Shown here in pieces: positions 31,671-44,326 of a stretch of 64,000 nucleotides of DNA. Origin of the DNA: an uncultured Candidatus Saccharibacteria bacterium. GTDB taxonomy: Bacteria; Patescibacteriota; UBA1384; CAYGGE01. The notes beneath the pieces were generated by a model. The model had not been told where the DNA came from. It saw nothing but the letters and a program-made list of their open reading frames with translations, and made no database searches. A program made the translations under genes and the position numbers. Each line of letters starts with the position of its first letter. Positions within the stretch are counted from its first letter, which is position 1. Location of the stretch: positions 3,483-67,482 of the forward strand of contig CAYGGE010000005.1 of NCBI GenBank assembly GCA_964349485.1. Reading direction: 5' to 3'.

Positions 31671-31807
31671 GAGCCAATAGTAACATAGAAAGATTAATTT
31701 ATTCTTAAATACACCAATTATTGATATGTGGTGTCAATCTGTTACTGTGGATAAGCAGTAAGAATTGTTAAAATAACAGGTTTGAAATAATAACAGGTTT
31801 GAACCTA

Positions 31808-31836
31808 TTGACAGGCCAGCTTGCTTCACCTATCAT
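31808..31836 (+). promoter_or_regulatory. sigma-70-like promoter (-35 TTGACA, 17-nt spacer, -10 TATCAT) for the small gene at 31899
   Basis: Motifs read from the sequence. Confidence 0.45.
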
Positions 31837-31898
31837 CAGGTTATACAGGAAATTTAAGCTAACTTAGTTAGCAGTTCGTAGAGGGGAGGTGAAAGATA

Positions 31899-32108
31899 AT
31901 GGCATTTAGCACACAGTCCAAAAAGACTGGCGAAACCTACTACCTCCACTCCAAGACCGTTACCCTACGAGGTGGTCGCCAGCAGGTCATCTACTTCTTC
32001 GCTCGTGACGTCCGCGACGGCTCACTCGACAAAGTTCCTGATGGCATGATGGTCATGGAGAACAGCCGCACCGGTCTCCCAATGTTGAAGCGCGCTGACA
32101 AAGCTTAA
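31899..32108 (+). CDS. small hypothetical protein (69 aa), monocistronic
   Basis: GGAGGTG RBS, its own promoter and an immediate terminator. No recognisable motifs. Confidence 0.45.
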   Translation: MAFSTQSKKTGETYYLHSKTVTLRGGRQQVIYFFARDVRDGSLDKVPDGMMVMENSRTGLPMLKRADKA

Positions 32109-32122
32109 ATTAACTCGCTCCT

Positions 32123-32150
32123 AAAAATACCCGGTCCGCTGGGTATTTTT
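32123..32150 (+). terminator. Rho-independent terminator
   Basis: aaaaataccc-ggtccgct-gggtattttt hairpin followed by a T-run. Confidence 0.5.
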
Positions 32151-32258
32151 AGTTCGGCGTCCTTTACCTGATCGCTACTATATGGTATAACTTGCCGAAG
32201 GTTCAGATAACGCTCATTGACGCCTCATGACCACAGACGGTAAGATGGATACACGCCT

Positions 32259-33677
32259 ATGACCAGTAAGCGAACCGATATTATCTTTACGCTCCTGACC
32301 ATCCCAATCGATGCTCTGATGGTTCTTTTGGCTTTTGTCAGTTCATATTGGTTGCGCTCAGAGACTGAACTGCTACAGGTTATCTATCTTTGGCCATTTG
32401 AAAATTATCTCCAGTTTATCGGGCTCATGATCCCATTTTGGATCATCATATTTGCTTTAGCTGGTCTTTACTCACAGCAGGCTACGCGTCGGGGTTGGGG
32501 TAACTTTACAATGGTCTTTCTTGCCGTATCCTCAGGCATCATGTTCTTTGTGGCCTATGTCTTCTTGTCACGTACCCTATTCTTCTCTCGGTTGATTGTG
32601 ATCTACGCCTGGATTCTAGCCATCATCTTAGTTACATTAGGTCGTTTCCTGTTGGGACAGATTCGTCAGCTGTTGTTAAGACGGGGGATCGGAGCCAGAA
32701 CTGTTATCATTATCGGCAAGAATGAGACAGCCGTAACCCTAAAAAATGAACTCGAGTATCGTAAGGATCTTGGTTACAATGTCTTGAATGGCCTTTTCTC
32801 ACCTAATTTAAAAGTTCTCAAACAATACTTTACCAGGCACAAAGTCGATGAGCTGATCGTTGCAGACACCAGTATTGTATCCGATACCGTCCTAGACATC
32901 ATGACATTATGTGAGGAGCACAACGTCTTGTTCCGATTGGTGCCTAATCTGTTTGAGGTCCGTTCAACCAATGTCGAGGTCCAAACCTTGGCTGCTATCC
33001 CAATTATCGAATATCAACGGACTCCACTCGCCGGTTGGGCGAGCTTCGTGAAACGATCGATCGATATTGTACTTTCCTCGATTGCTCTCATCGTCCTAAG
33101 CCCTGTTTTCCTACTCTTATCAATCTTGGTTAAGCTCGATTCACCAGGCTCAGTTATCTATCGTCAACGACGCCTAGGTTTTCATCGTAAACAGTTCTAT
33201 ATCTTCAAATTTCGAACTATGAAAGCTGAGTTCTGTACTGGTGACGATTTTGCTGGCGCAACCGATGAAGAGATCTTTACTGAAAAATTCAAAGATCCAA
33301 AACTATTAAAATCGTTTATAGTTGAACGGAAACTGGAAGAAGATCCTCGGGTCACTACGATCGGTCGCTTTCTGCGTCGAACCAGTCTCGATGAACTACC
33401 TCAGCTCATGAACGTCCTATTGGGTCATATTGCCTTAGTTGGTCCTAGACCGATGCTACCTCAAGAAATTGAGAAATGTGGTGAACTAAGGAATCGATTA
33501 TTCATCATCAAACCCGGCCTCACTGGTCTATGGCAGGTCAGCGGTCGAAGTAGTGTACCGTTTAGTGAACGAATTAAACTTGACGCTTACTATATTGAGA
33601 ACTGGTCTCTCTGGCAGGACTTTATCATCATCATGAAGACCGTTGTTGTCATCTTACTAAGGAAGAACGCGTATTAA
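32259..33677 (+). CDS. polyprenyl-phosphate hexose-1-phosphate transferase (WbaP/WcaJ/CpsE-type initiating sugar transferase)
   Basis: N-terminal TM bundle, central NAD-binding-like domain, and a C-terminal bacterial sugar-transferase domain with PGLTGLWQVSGRS. Confidence 0.85.
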   Translation: MTSKRTDIIFTLLTIPIDALMVLLAFVSSYWLRSETELLQVIYLWPFENYLQFIGLMIPFWIIIFALAGLYSQQATRRGWGNFTMVFLAVSSGIMFFVAYVFLSRTLFFSRLIVIYAWILAIILVTLGRFLLGQIRQLLLRRGIGARTVIIIGKNETAVTLKNELEYRKDLGYNVLNGLFSPNLKVLKQYFTRHKVDELIVADTSIVSDTVLDIMTLCEEHNVLFRLVPNLFEVRSTNVEVQTLAAIPIIEYQRTPLAGWASFVKRSIDIVLSSIALIVLSPVFLLLSILVKLDSPGSVIYRQRRLGFHRKQFYIFKFRTMKAEFCTGDDFAGATDEEIFTEKFKDPKLLKSFIVERKLEEDPRVTTIGRFLRRTSLDELPQLMNVLLGHIALVGPRPMLPQEIEKCGELRNRLFIIKPGLTGLWQVSGRSSVPFSERIKLDAYYIENWSLWQDFIIIMKTVVVILLRKNAY

Positions 33678-33763
33678 AGTTCTCTAGTTATTTGGTTTAC
33701 TGGTAGCGCATAGAACTAAGAATTACCAGAGAACCAGATAACTAGATCCCTAGATAACCACCC

Positions 33764-34858
33764 ATGAAAATTGCTCTTGTCCACGATTACCTTATCAACT
33801 TCTCTGGCGCTGAACAGGTGCTTCTGGCTTTGCACGAACTTTATCCCTCTGCACCGATCTATACGGCCATCTACAATAAGGAAAGCTGTCCCCAGTTTAA
33901 CGATGCAACAGTTCACACCTCTTTTCTCCAAACTTGGCCGCTAGCCAAAACAAAATACAGACAGTACATTCCACTCCTACCGCTAGCTAACGAAAGTTAC
34001 GATCTATCGGCATATGATGTGGTCATCTCTGATTGTCACATCGCTACTAAAGGTGTCATCACCAAACCCGAGACGATCCACATATCTTATTGTCATACCC
34101 CCATCCGATATGCTTGGTTGTCACATATCGATCCAAGAGCGTCCGGCAGTTTCATGCCATGGCTTTCACCCATCGCTCGGGCCGCCGCACATTACTTACG
34201 GATTTGGGATAGTTTAGCGGCTGATCGGGTTGACCACTGGGTGGCCAACTCCAAGTATATTGCCAACCGAATCGACAAATATTACCGTAAAACGGCAAAA
34301 GTGATCTATCCACCGGTTAATGTAGAGGCTTTCGAGATCAGTGAAAAAATCGAAGATTACTATGTCTTCTGTAGTCGGCTCATCGACTACAAACTACCAG
34401 ACATCGTGATCGATGCGTTCAACATACTGGGTAAAAAGCTGATTGTGATCGGCCGTGGGCCGATGGCTGAGCAACTCAAGGCAAAGGCTATGCCGAACGT
34501 TAAGATCATGACGGAATATCTTCCCAATAGCCAACTGGCTGTGATCTTCTCTCACGCATCGGCTATGATTTTTCCAGCCGAGGAAGATTTTGGCATAGTC
34601 ATGGTGGAGATGATGGCGGCTGGTCGGCCAGTTATCGCTTATCATCTTGGTGGGGCGAGTGAAATCGTCATTCCTGGTAAGACCGGTGAGTTGTTCACAT
34701 TACAGACTCCCGAAGCGATAATTAAAGCTGTTGCAGCCTTCGACCCAATGGGTTACGATGGAAAAGTGATACGAGAACATGCTTTAAAATACGATCGATC
34801 TGCCTTTAAGAAACAGTTAGAAGAGTATATTGATACAGTGATTAAGAAAGAGAGGTAA
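33764..34858 (+). CDS. glycosyltransferase family 4 (GT-B fold)
   Basis: MKIALVHDYL...GAEQ N-terminus and the C-terminal EEDFGIVMVEMMAAGRPVIA E-x7-E motif. Confidence 0.8.
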   Translation: MKIALVHDYLINFSGAEQVLLALHELYPSAPIYTAIYNKESCPQFNDATVHTSFLQTWPLAKTKYRQYIPLLPLANESYDLSAYDVVISDCHIATKGVITKPETIHISYCHTPIRYAWLSHIDPRASGSFMPWLSPIARAAAHYLRIWDSLAADRVDHWVANSKYIANRIDKYYRKTAKVIYPPVNVEAFEISEKIEDYYVFCSRLIDYKLPDIVIDAFNILGKKLIVIGRGPMAEQLKAKAMPNVKIMTEYLPNSQLAVIFSHASAMIFPAEEDFGIVMVEMMAAGRPVIAYHLGGASEIVIPGKTGELFTLQTPEAIIKAVAAFDPMGYDGKVIREHALKYDRSAFKKQLEEYIDTVIKKER

Positions 34859-34860
34859 TC

Positions 34861-35481
34861 ATGGAATTAGCCGACTATCTGAAAATGATGTCCAAGGGTT
34901 GGAAGTCCATTTTGACTTATGTGGCTATACTAGGCGTCGTCGCTGGTGTCTGGGCATACTTGCAACCAGCCAAATATCAAGCATCAGCAACCATCGTCGT
35001 AGCCAAGAAAAATAATATTACTCAAAAAACGATTAACTATTATCAGTACGATGAATATTACGCTATTCAAGCCAGCGGATATTTTTCCGAAAGTTTGGCT
35101 TCACTGATGGCCAGTCCCGGGACAGTGAAGGAGATCTACGATCGCGCCGGTTATCCGCTGACTGACCTGTCGCTCCAAGCTTTGACTAAAGCAATTAAGG
35201 TGCGTAGAGTGCCTCCAGTTTCGATTGAGATGGTTATGGTTAGTACCGATAAAGTTAGAGCTGAGAAAATTATAGAGACCGCCATTATTGTTGCATCTGA
35301 GAAAACTGAAGCACAACGACGGAATGACGATCCAAACGATGCTTTCGTTGCAGTAACTGGGAATGTCGTCACTGGATTCGCCAAGCCGAGCGTGATCGTA
35401 AACGGCATTATTGGCATGATCGGCGGTTTGATCCTTGGTATGATCGTCGTATTCATGAATCACTACACGAAAAAAAGTTAA
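34861..35481 (+). CDS. polysaccharide co-polymerase (Wzz/CpsC/YwqC-like chain-length determinant), short form
   Basis: TM1, then a P-x-Y-x-A-x-A-T-I-V motif, an extracytoplasmic domain, and a C-terminal TM2 with a GxxxG-rich helix. Confidence 0.5.
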   Translation: MELADYLKMMSKGWKSILTYVAILGVVAGVWAYLQPAKYQASATIVVAKKNNITQKTINYYQYDEYYAIQASGYFSESLASLMASPGTVKEIYDRAGYPLTDLSLQALTKAIKVRRVPPVSIEMVMVSTDKVRAEKIIETAIIVASEKTEAQRRNDDPNDAFVAVTGNVVTGFAKPSVIVNGIIGMIGGLILGMIVVFMNHYTKKS

Positions 35482-35541
35482 ATCTATCGAAGGAGGGGGA
35501 ACTAAAATTGTCAGTTTCATCGATTATCTGGCGGAGGATCG

Positions 35542-37014
35542 ATGAGTAACACAGTTGCTAATCCGATCAGACGCAATGTCGATGGTTTACAGAACCCGAA
35601 GAGTTACCACCGACCCAGAGCCAATCAAAAAAAGCGTTTTTCATGGCGTTCAATTTCTTGGAGGCTCTTGTTATCATTTGTCGTAATCGGTAGCCTCATA
35701 TCGCTGTTGCTAGCTCCCAGGGTCATGTCATTCTCCCGCCAATACGAACTACTAGACTTACTCAACAATGGTCGTTATCTTGTACTCTTTCAGAACGATG
35801 CAGAGATCAGAGCCTCAGGTGGATTCATTGGGTCATTTGCCATCGTGGAGACTAAGAATAAAGTCATAAAACCTCTTTACTTCGAGACGAATATATACAA
35901 GCTCGATGATCCATATGCTGCACTAACCAACCTTAGCCCTCCTAAACCATTACTTTCTGTGACTGGCGAACGAGGTTGGGCACTCCGCGACTCGAACTTT
36001 GCCGCTGACTTTCGTCAGAGCGCTCCAACAGTCGCTTGGTTCCTGAAGGACGAGGCTCAGAAACTGACCGGACCCAAAAAAGCTGAACTAGACCGAGCTT
36101 TGGGCGGTAACTACGAAGTCGACGGGGTCGTCGGCCTGACTCTCACCGCTTTTCTCGATATCCTTCAGGCTACTGGGCCGATTGAGGTGCCAAGCCAGGG
36201 TATCGTAGTAACCAGTGCCAACTTCTTTCCCATGATTCAACAGCTAATCGAAAAAGATTATTTTGACGACCCAGTGAATAAACAGCTTAACGAACCAAAA
36301 ACTGTACTCCAAGATTTATTTCCGTTAGCAATGCAGAAGGCTCAAAATCTGCCGAAGACTACTCAGTATCGGATCGCCACTAAACTTCTGGCCGAAAAAA
36401 AGATCATAGTTTACGTCAATGATCCAGAAAAAGAACAGATCTTAGTCGACGCTGGCTGGGCTGGGGCTTTGACAATGGTGGCTGATAAAAAGCTCGCAGC
36501 TATGCACGACACCTTGGCTGTAGTTAGAACTTCAATCTCTGGCAACAAAAGTAGTATCGATATTAACCCCATTTACCGTTATCTGGTGACCAATAAATCA
36601 CCTGACAGACTTCAAGCAAAATTGGAGATCCAGTTTGAACATACTGGCAAGCAGGAGTGGCCTGGTGGGCCAAACAAGGAGTATATTCGTGTACTAGTCC
36701 CGGAAACAGCGGTACTTGCACGGGCGAGCAGTAGTGAGACTGATGTGACTGATCGAATCGACATTGGGTCGGAGAGCGGCTTCACTGCATTTGGGTTTAC
36801 GATACAAACAGAACCTAAGACTACTCAAAGAATGACGATCGAATATACTTTACCGAAAGACAAAATCATGGATCGTGGCGTATTCGGCAAAGAGAAATAT
36901 CGACTCGCCGTTTATCGTCAGCCCGGTGGCAACAGTCCGGACATAACTATTCTCTACAACGCTACAGCTCTGTTTCAGGGTCGGCTGACTACTGATCGGG
37001 TCATTCATGACTAA
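35542..37014 (+). CDS. membrane-anchored extracytoplasmic protein of unknown function (possibly DUF4012-like)
   Basis: Basic N-terminus plus a single TM, then a ~430-aa domain; last gene of the polysaccharide cluster. Confidence 0.4.
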   Translation: MSNTVANPIRRNVDGLQNPKSYHRPRANQKKRFSWRSISWRLLLSFVVIGSLISLLLAPRVMSFSRQYELLDLLNNGRYLVLFQNDAEIRASGGFIGSFAIVETKNKVIKPLYFETNIYKLDDPYAALTNLSPPKPLLSVTGERGWALRDSNFAADFRQSAPTVAWFLKDEAQKLTGPKKAELDRALGGNYEVDGVVGLTLTAFLDILQATGPIEVPSQGIVVTSANFFPMIQQLIEKDYFDDPVNKQLNEPKTVLQDLFPLAMQKAQNLPKTTQYRIATKLLAEKKIIVYVNDPEKEQILVDAGWAGALTMVADKKLAAMHDTLAVVRTSISGNKSSIDINPIYRYLVTNKSPDRLQAKLEIQFEHTGKQEWPGGPNKEYIRVLVPETAVLARASSSETDVTDRIDIGSESGFTAFGFTIQTEPKTTQRMTIEYTLPKDKIMDRGVFGKEKYRLAVYRQPGGNSPDITILYNATALFQGRLTTDRVIHD

Positions 37015-37059
37015 TATCTAATATCCTAATCAGGATCAACATCTCGTTTCTCATTGTAA

Positions 37060-39234
<2,175 letters not shown>

Positions 39235-39245
39235 GAGGACGTGTT

Positions 39246-41960
39246 ATGCCAGATGAAACACCAGAACGAGACGAAACACCGATTGACGAGTCCGCCGAGC
39301 CAGTAGCGTCGGATACATCAGATTCACTCGATGAAGCAATCGAATCAGTTCCGATCACCCAGATTGGTATGGAAACCGACGAGGGTACCATGACTGACTT
39401 CGGTTTGGTCAAGCAACAGCCACTGGTGACGGAGATGCAAAGCTCATATCTTGACTACGCCATGTCGGTCATCGTCGCCAGAGCATTGCCAGACGTACGA
39501 GATGGTCTGAAACCAGTTCATCGACGTATTCTCTACGCCATGTGGAACGATACCGGTGTCCGGCCGGGTGCTAGGTACAAGAAGTCAGCTGCTGTTGTTG
39601 GTGATGTTTTGAAGAGCTACCACCCGCATGGCGATGTGGCAGTCTACGATACCTTAGTTCGTATGGCTCAGGACTTCTCAATGCGTTATCCACTGGTCGA
39701 TGGTCAAGGTAACTTTGGTTCGGTAGATGGCGACTCAGCGGCTGCCATGCGATACACCGAAGCCCGTATGGCGGGGATCGCCGCCGAACTCATGAACGAT
39801 ATCGACAAAGAGACCGTCAAGTTTATCGACAACTACGACGGCTCGACCCAAGAGCCATCTGTCCTACCAGGTAAACTGCCAAACTTGCTGCTCAACGGTC
39901 AACAGGGTATCGCTGTCGGTATGGCCACCTCCATCCCACCTCATAATCTATCCGAGATCTGTGACGCAACCGTTGCTTTGATCGATAATCCAGAATCCGA
40001 TATTGACGTCCTCATGCAACATGTCAAAGGGCCAGACTTCCCGACGGCCGGGACCATTTACGGTGGTGACGATATCAAGACTGCCTACGCGACCGGTCGT
40101 GGCCGTGTCGTCGTTCGAGCCGTGGCTGAAATTATTGAACGTAAAAATGCCCACACAATTCTGGTTAGTGAGTTGCCGTATCAGGTTAATAAATCGGACC
40201 TGATCGAAAAGATGGCTGATTTGGTCAAACTGAAGAAGATCGAGGGGATCAGCGACATTCGCGATGAGTCCGATCGAAACGATGGTGTTCGAATCGTCAT
40301 CGAACTTAAGTCCAACGCCTACCCCAAGAAGATCCTGAACCGTCTCTTCGAGATGACGTCCATGCAGACGGTCTTTCACTTTAACATGTTAGCACTCGTT
40401 GATGGCATCCAACCCCGGATCCTGACTCTTAAAGAGATCCTCGAAGAATATATTAAACACCGACAAGACATCGTTACTAAACGGACTGAATATGATCTTC
40501 GTAGAGCCAAAGAACGGGCCCATATTCTCGAAGGCTTAAAGATCGCTCTTGACAATATTGATGAAGTCATTAAGATCATTCGAGGTTCCGCAACTCGACC
40601 GGCTGCTCATGCTGCTCTCATGAAGAAATTTGGTCTGTCCGATATCCAGTCGACTGCCATCCTCGAGATGCGGTTGCAGACCTTGGTCGGTCTGGAGCGG
40701 GACAAGATTGAAGATGAACTAAAAGAAAAGTATGCGCTGATCAAAGAACTTGAAACAATTCTGGCTGACCCACTACGGATCCTAGCGATCATCAAAGATG
40801 AATTACTTGAGCTAAAAGCAAAATATGGTGACGCAAGACGGACTAAGGTTATCGCCTCCAATCTTAAGGCGTTTAATGCGGAAGACCTCATTCCCAATGA
40901 ACAAGTTATTGTCACACTTACTAGAGGGAATTACATCAAACGAGTACCGGTTGAGACCTACCGAAGTCAAGGTCGTGGTGGTAAAGGGGTGATTGGCATG
41001 GAGACTAAGGAAGAAGACACCGTTGTCCATCTCCTATCGACTCAAACTCATAACGATCTCTATCTATTTACCGACAAAGGCCGGGTCTTTGTGACCAAAG
41101 TCTACGAATTACCATCGGGCTCGAGAACCTCAAAAGGAACAGCGATAGTTAATGTTCTCCAGCTCATGCCGAACGAACGAGTGACGGCGATGATGGACTT
41201 TAACCCCAAAGAAAAGTTGGAAGCCAAGTACTTCGTCATGGGCACCAAACGTGGCGTAGTCAAGAAAACAGAGATTACTGCCTATGCTTCTGTACGCAAG
41301 ACTGGCATTATCTGTATAAAATTGACTGGTGAAGATCAACTTTCATGGGTAAAGATCAGTGACGGCAAGGACTCGGTCATGATGGTCTCCAAAGAAGGTC
41401 AGGCGATCCTCTTCTCTGAGGCCGACATCCGACCAATGGGTCGGTCAGCCGCCGGCGTCCGGGGCATGAAACTACGACTAAACGATGAAGTGATGACCAT
41501 GGATGTGATTAGTTCGGAGGTCCGGACTTCTGGCGATACACGAAAACGAGTTCTTGAGCCAGACTTGCTAGTTGTACTTGAGAATGGGTTAGGAAAACGG
41601 ACGGCTATTTCCAATTTTCATCGTCAATCTCGTGGAGGAGTCGGTATCCGCGCCGCCAAAGTGACCGATAAAACCGGCAAGGTGGTCAAAGCCGTTGTAT
41701 CCTACGGTGAATTTGGCGACATTATCCTCGTCTCGATGCAAGGACAAATCATACGTTTGCCACTTAAATCGGTCAAACGTCTAGGACGCGATACTCAGGG
41801 CGTAACCCTCATGCGTCTAGCCAAAAAAGATACTGTTGGTTCAGTCAGTTTACTTGAACAGAGTACCGATCAAGTCGATTCAGCTGCTCAAGCGGCGGGA
41901 CCTGAGATCGCTCAAGATATCGTCAAAGAGTCGATCAATGAAGGACAGCCAACGCCCTAA
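39246..41960 (+). CDS. gyrA: DNA gyrase subunit A (~55-aa acidic N-terminal extension)
   Basis: [28 protein letters not shown] with the active-site Tyr region AAMRYTE, plus a C-terminal beta-pinwheel. Confidence 0.9.
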   Translation: MPDETPERDETPIDESAEPVASDTSDSLDEAIESVPITQIGMETDEGTMTDFGLVKQQPLVTEMQSSYLDYAMSVIVARALPDVRDGLKPVHRRILYAMWNDTGVRPGARYKKSAAVVGDVLKSYHPHGDVAVYDTLVRMAQDFSMRYPLVDGQGNFGSVDGDSAAAMRYTEARMAGIAAELMNDIDKETVKFIDNYDGSTQEPSVLPGKLPNLLLNGQQGIAVGMATSIPPHNLSEICDATVALIDNPESDIDVLMQHVKGPDFPTAGTIYGGDDIKTAYATGRGRVVVRAVAEIIERKNAHTILVSELPYQVNKSDLIEKMADLVKLKKIEGISDIRDESDRNDGVRIVIELKSNAYPKKILNRLFEMTSMQTVFHFNMLALVDGIQPRILTLKEILEEYIKHRQDIVTKRTEYDLRRAKERAHILEGLKIALDNIDEVIKIIRGSATRPAAHAALMKKFGLSDIQSTAILEMRLQTLVGLERDKIEDELKEKYALIKELETILADPLRILAIIKDELLELKAKYGDARRTKVIASNLKAFNAEDLIPNEQVIVTLTRGNYIKRVPVETYRSQGRGGKGVIGMETKEEDTVVHLLSTQTHNDLYLFTDKGRVFVTKVYELPSGSRTSKGTAIVNVLQLMPNERVTAMMDFNPKEKLEAKYFVMGTKRGVVKKTEITAYASVRKTGIICIKLTGEDQLSWVKISDGKDSVMMVSKEGQAILFSEADIRPMGRSAAGVRGMKLRLNDEVMTMDVISSEVRTSGDTRKRVLEPDLLVVLENGLGKRTAISNFHRQSRGGVGIRAAKVTDKTGKVVKAVVSYGEFGDIILVSMQGQIIRLPLKSVKRLGRDTQGVTLMRLAKKDTVGSVSLLEQSTDQVDSAAQAAGPEIAQDIVKESINEGQPTP

Positions 41961-41967
41961 TCACTCT

Positions 41968-42891
41968 CTACGAACGTCGAACGGCTGGTGTTTCTAGCTC
42001 AATTTGAATGTGGTGAGCGGTCGGAATCGCTCTTTTCAGACGAGCTTTTACATTGTCAATCAACAGTTCTATCTCATCGGTCGACATGTCGTCAACAACG
42101 TGAACTTCAATATTAATTAATAGCCGATCAGTTCCAAGATACATGGTACGTAAGTCGAGAACATCGTGGATGTGCGGGAAGGTGAGGATAGTATCTTTGA
42201 TTAATTTCTCGATCTCTTTTGGTGCACTCTTGCCAACGATCAGATCTTTAATCTGTAAGATGAGGAAAAACGACAGTATGGCGACCATAATCCCGATAAT
42301 CATGGCACCAATACCGTCAAGTGTCTGATTGCCTGTGATCGCGTAGAAGACTAGAGCGACGATCCCAAAGAGTGCGGCGAGGACCCCCATCAAATCAAGA
42401 ATAAAGGTCGTTTTGGTCTCGATGAAATCAGGGTGCCGGAGGGCTTGCCAGAGCGAACGAGCGGTATCGTTCTGCTTAAGTCGTCGGTAACTGAGTGAAA
42501 GGGCGTAACTGTTACTGACCAGACCTATTAACAGGGTAAGGTTACTTAGGAGCAAATTATCAACGGTTTGTGGGGAGAAGACTCGCTCTAATCCAAAGGC
42601 AAAGGACAAACCTGCCGTAAAGATCAACATGACGATGGCTGAAAGAAATGTCCAGAAGTAGAGTTCCCGACCATAGCCAAATGGACTTGCGGTATTGGCC
42701 CGACGTTTTGATTGCTGAAGGCCGTACAATAAAAATCCTGAGGTAATTAGGTCTGCGATACCTTGAATCGCTTGCGAGAGCATAACCACGCTACCACTTA
42801 GAACTGTAACAATGATATTGAGAATAATATCGCTGAGATCAACGATAAATGAAGTTAGGACAACTTTATGGGCACTGATCGTTTGTTTCAT
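41968..42891 (-). CDS. cation diffusion facilitator (CDF) family metal efflux transporter
   Basis: Six TM helices with the metal-site HD motif and a C-terminal cytoplasmic domain. Confidence 0.8.
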   Translation of the reverse strand: MKQTISAHKVVLTSFIVDLSDIILNIIVTVLSGSVVMLSQAIQGIADLITSGFLLYGLQQSKRRANTASPFGYGRELYFWTFLSAIVMLIFTAGLSFAFGLERVFSPQTVDNLLLSNLTLLIGLVSNSYALSLSYRRLKQNDTARSLWQALRHPDFIETKTTFILDLMGVLAALFGIVALVFYAITGNQTLDGIGAMIIGIMVAILSFFLILQIKDLIVGKSAPKEIEKLIKDTILTFPHIHDVLDLRTMYLGTDRLLINIEVHVVDDMSTDEIELLIDNVKARLKRAIPTAHHIQIELETPAVRRS

Positions 42892-42920
42892 GTCGGATAG
42901 GATTTATTGTGCTAGCTAGC

Positions 42921-43547
42921 TTATGATCGTTGTAGGTAACGAAACACTAGTGCGGCTAAGATGCCACCGAGGAAAGGAGCGAGTAAATAATTAGAGAGAT
43001 AGATACTAAGCTTAGCCCCGTGACCGACAAAAGCTCGAGCATCGACTAAGAGAGTTCCGAGCCCTAAGGCTGGGTTGAATACGGCACCAGAGACTGTACC
43101 GACAGCGCTCACACCTGCAACTACGGTCATGCCGATGGCTAGGCCATAGTAAAAATTATTCTTGACCTTCTCGGCAAAGGCAACATGGAGGACGACTGAA
43201 ACAAGAGCAAAGGTAAAGACAAGTTCACTAACGAAGACTAACCACATATTAAGCGATTCGTTTGCCGCAGGAATAAATGCTTGTTTGGCCATGGCATAGA
43301 ACAGTCCAGCCGCGAGCACTGCACCAACGGTCTGTGCTGTCATGTAGCGAACCGCTTCAACTGGTTTCATCTCGCCCTGGAGCATAACTCCTAAGGTGAC
43401 GGCTGGGTTGTAATGTGCCCCGGAAATGTAAGCGCCCATATAGACCATTGCCACCAAAATTGCCCCGATAGCGAGTGGATCGCCAGATAATGCAACGGTG
43501 AAGACCAAGAAGAATGTGCCGATTGCCTCGATAATATATCGTTTCAT
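42921..43547 (-). CDS. MIP-family channel (aquaporin / glycerol facilitator-like)
   Basis: Two NPA boxes, SGAHYNPAVT and GAVFNPALG. Confidence 0.85.
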   Translation of the reverse strand: MKRYIIEAIGTFFLVFTVALSGDPLAIGAILVAMVYMGAYISGAHYNPAVTLGVMLQGEMKPVEAVRYMTAQTVGAVLAAGLFYAMAKQAFIPAANESLNMWLVFVSELVFTFALVSVVLHVAFAEKVKNNFYYGLAIGMTVVAGVSAVGTVSGAVFNPALGLGTLLVDARAFVGHGAKLSIYLSNYLLAPFLGGILAALVFRYLQRS

Positions 43548-43676
43548 GAGTTCCTTTCATTGGGAGATATCGTATCTATTGTGACATGTGTACGGAGAGC
43601 GGGCAAGGGGCACCCCCCATTGTTTCTTTGCCTATTTTGTGATATGCCTAACGTGAGAGAGGAGGTGATCTATTAT

Positions 43677-43835
43677 GACCGACAATAGCCGAAAAGGTGA
43701 TCGAAATAGTGACGAAGATGTCCAGTCATTGTTTGATGACATTGGACACATTCCTGTACTAGACCGCTACCAAGGTGGTCAACACGAGTCAAAATCTGTA
43801 GACGATTCTCTTGAAAACGAAGAGACTAAATAGCG
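43677..43835 (+). CDS. possible 52-aa acidic small protein
   Basis: GGAGGTG RBS 9 nt upstream of the ATG. No homology evidence; below the ORF-track cutoff. Confidence 0.25.
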
Positions 43836-43932
43836 CCTCATCTAGACACCCAAAGGTTGAAATTTGCAATATTTATGTTATAGTTTCATGTACTTGATCC
43901 TTGACAATCAGACTGTAACTATCACGTTTTAT

Positions 43933-44317
43933 GGGGCTGTATTGGCTTCGACGGGTAGATCCTGAAGAAGAAATGGGCGAGCCGCGTTGTTCACGTACGA
44001 ACAAAAATCCTAAGTGCAAACTTAGTAGGCCGTGTTAAATCTGCCGTAGCGCAAGCTTTCGGTAGCCTAACATTGGCTCCTGTATACGCTTAAATTCGTA
44101 TACCGTCAGCTTAGTCATGCCTATTGGCTAAGTCCTGGCGCAATAAAATAGGCTGCACTTACCTAGAGTATCGCTGTCGGTAACTAAGCTTACTGCGGTT
44201 GCCATTGTTGTTTCTTGTTTGTTCTAAGCAACAATCAAGCCTTTGAGCAGACTACGCTCGTAGTCCATTTCCCTATTCACTATTCGGACAGGGGTTCGAC
44301 TCCCCTCAGCTCCACCA
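43933..44317 (+). ncRNA. ssrA: transfer-messenger RNA (tmRNA, SsrA)
   Basis: 5' GGGGCTGTATTGGCTTCGACGGG and 3' tRNA-like end GGACAGGGGTTCGACTCCCCTCAGCTCCACCA. Internal candidate tag frame at 44016..44093 would encode (A)NLVGRVKSAVAQAFGSLTLAPVYA*. Confidence 0.85.
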
Positions 44318-44326
44318 AATTAAAAA

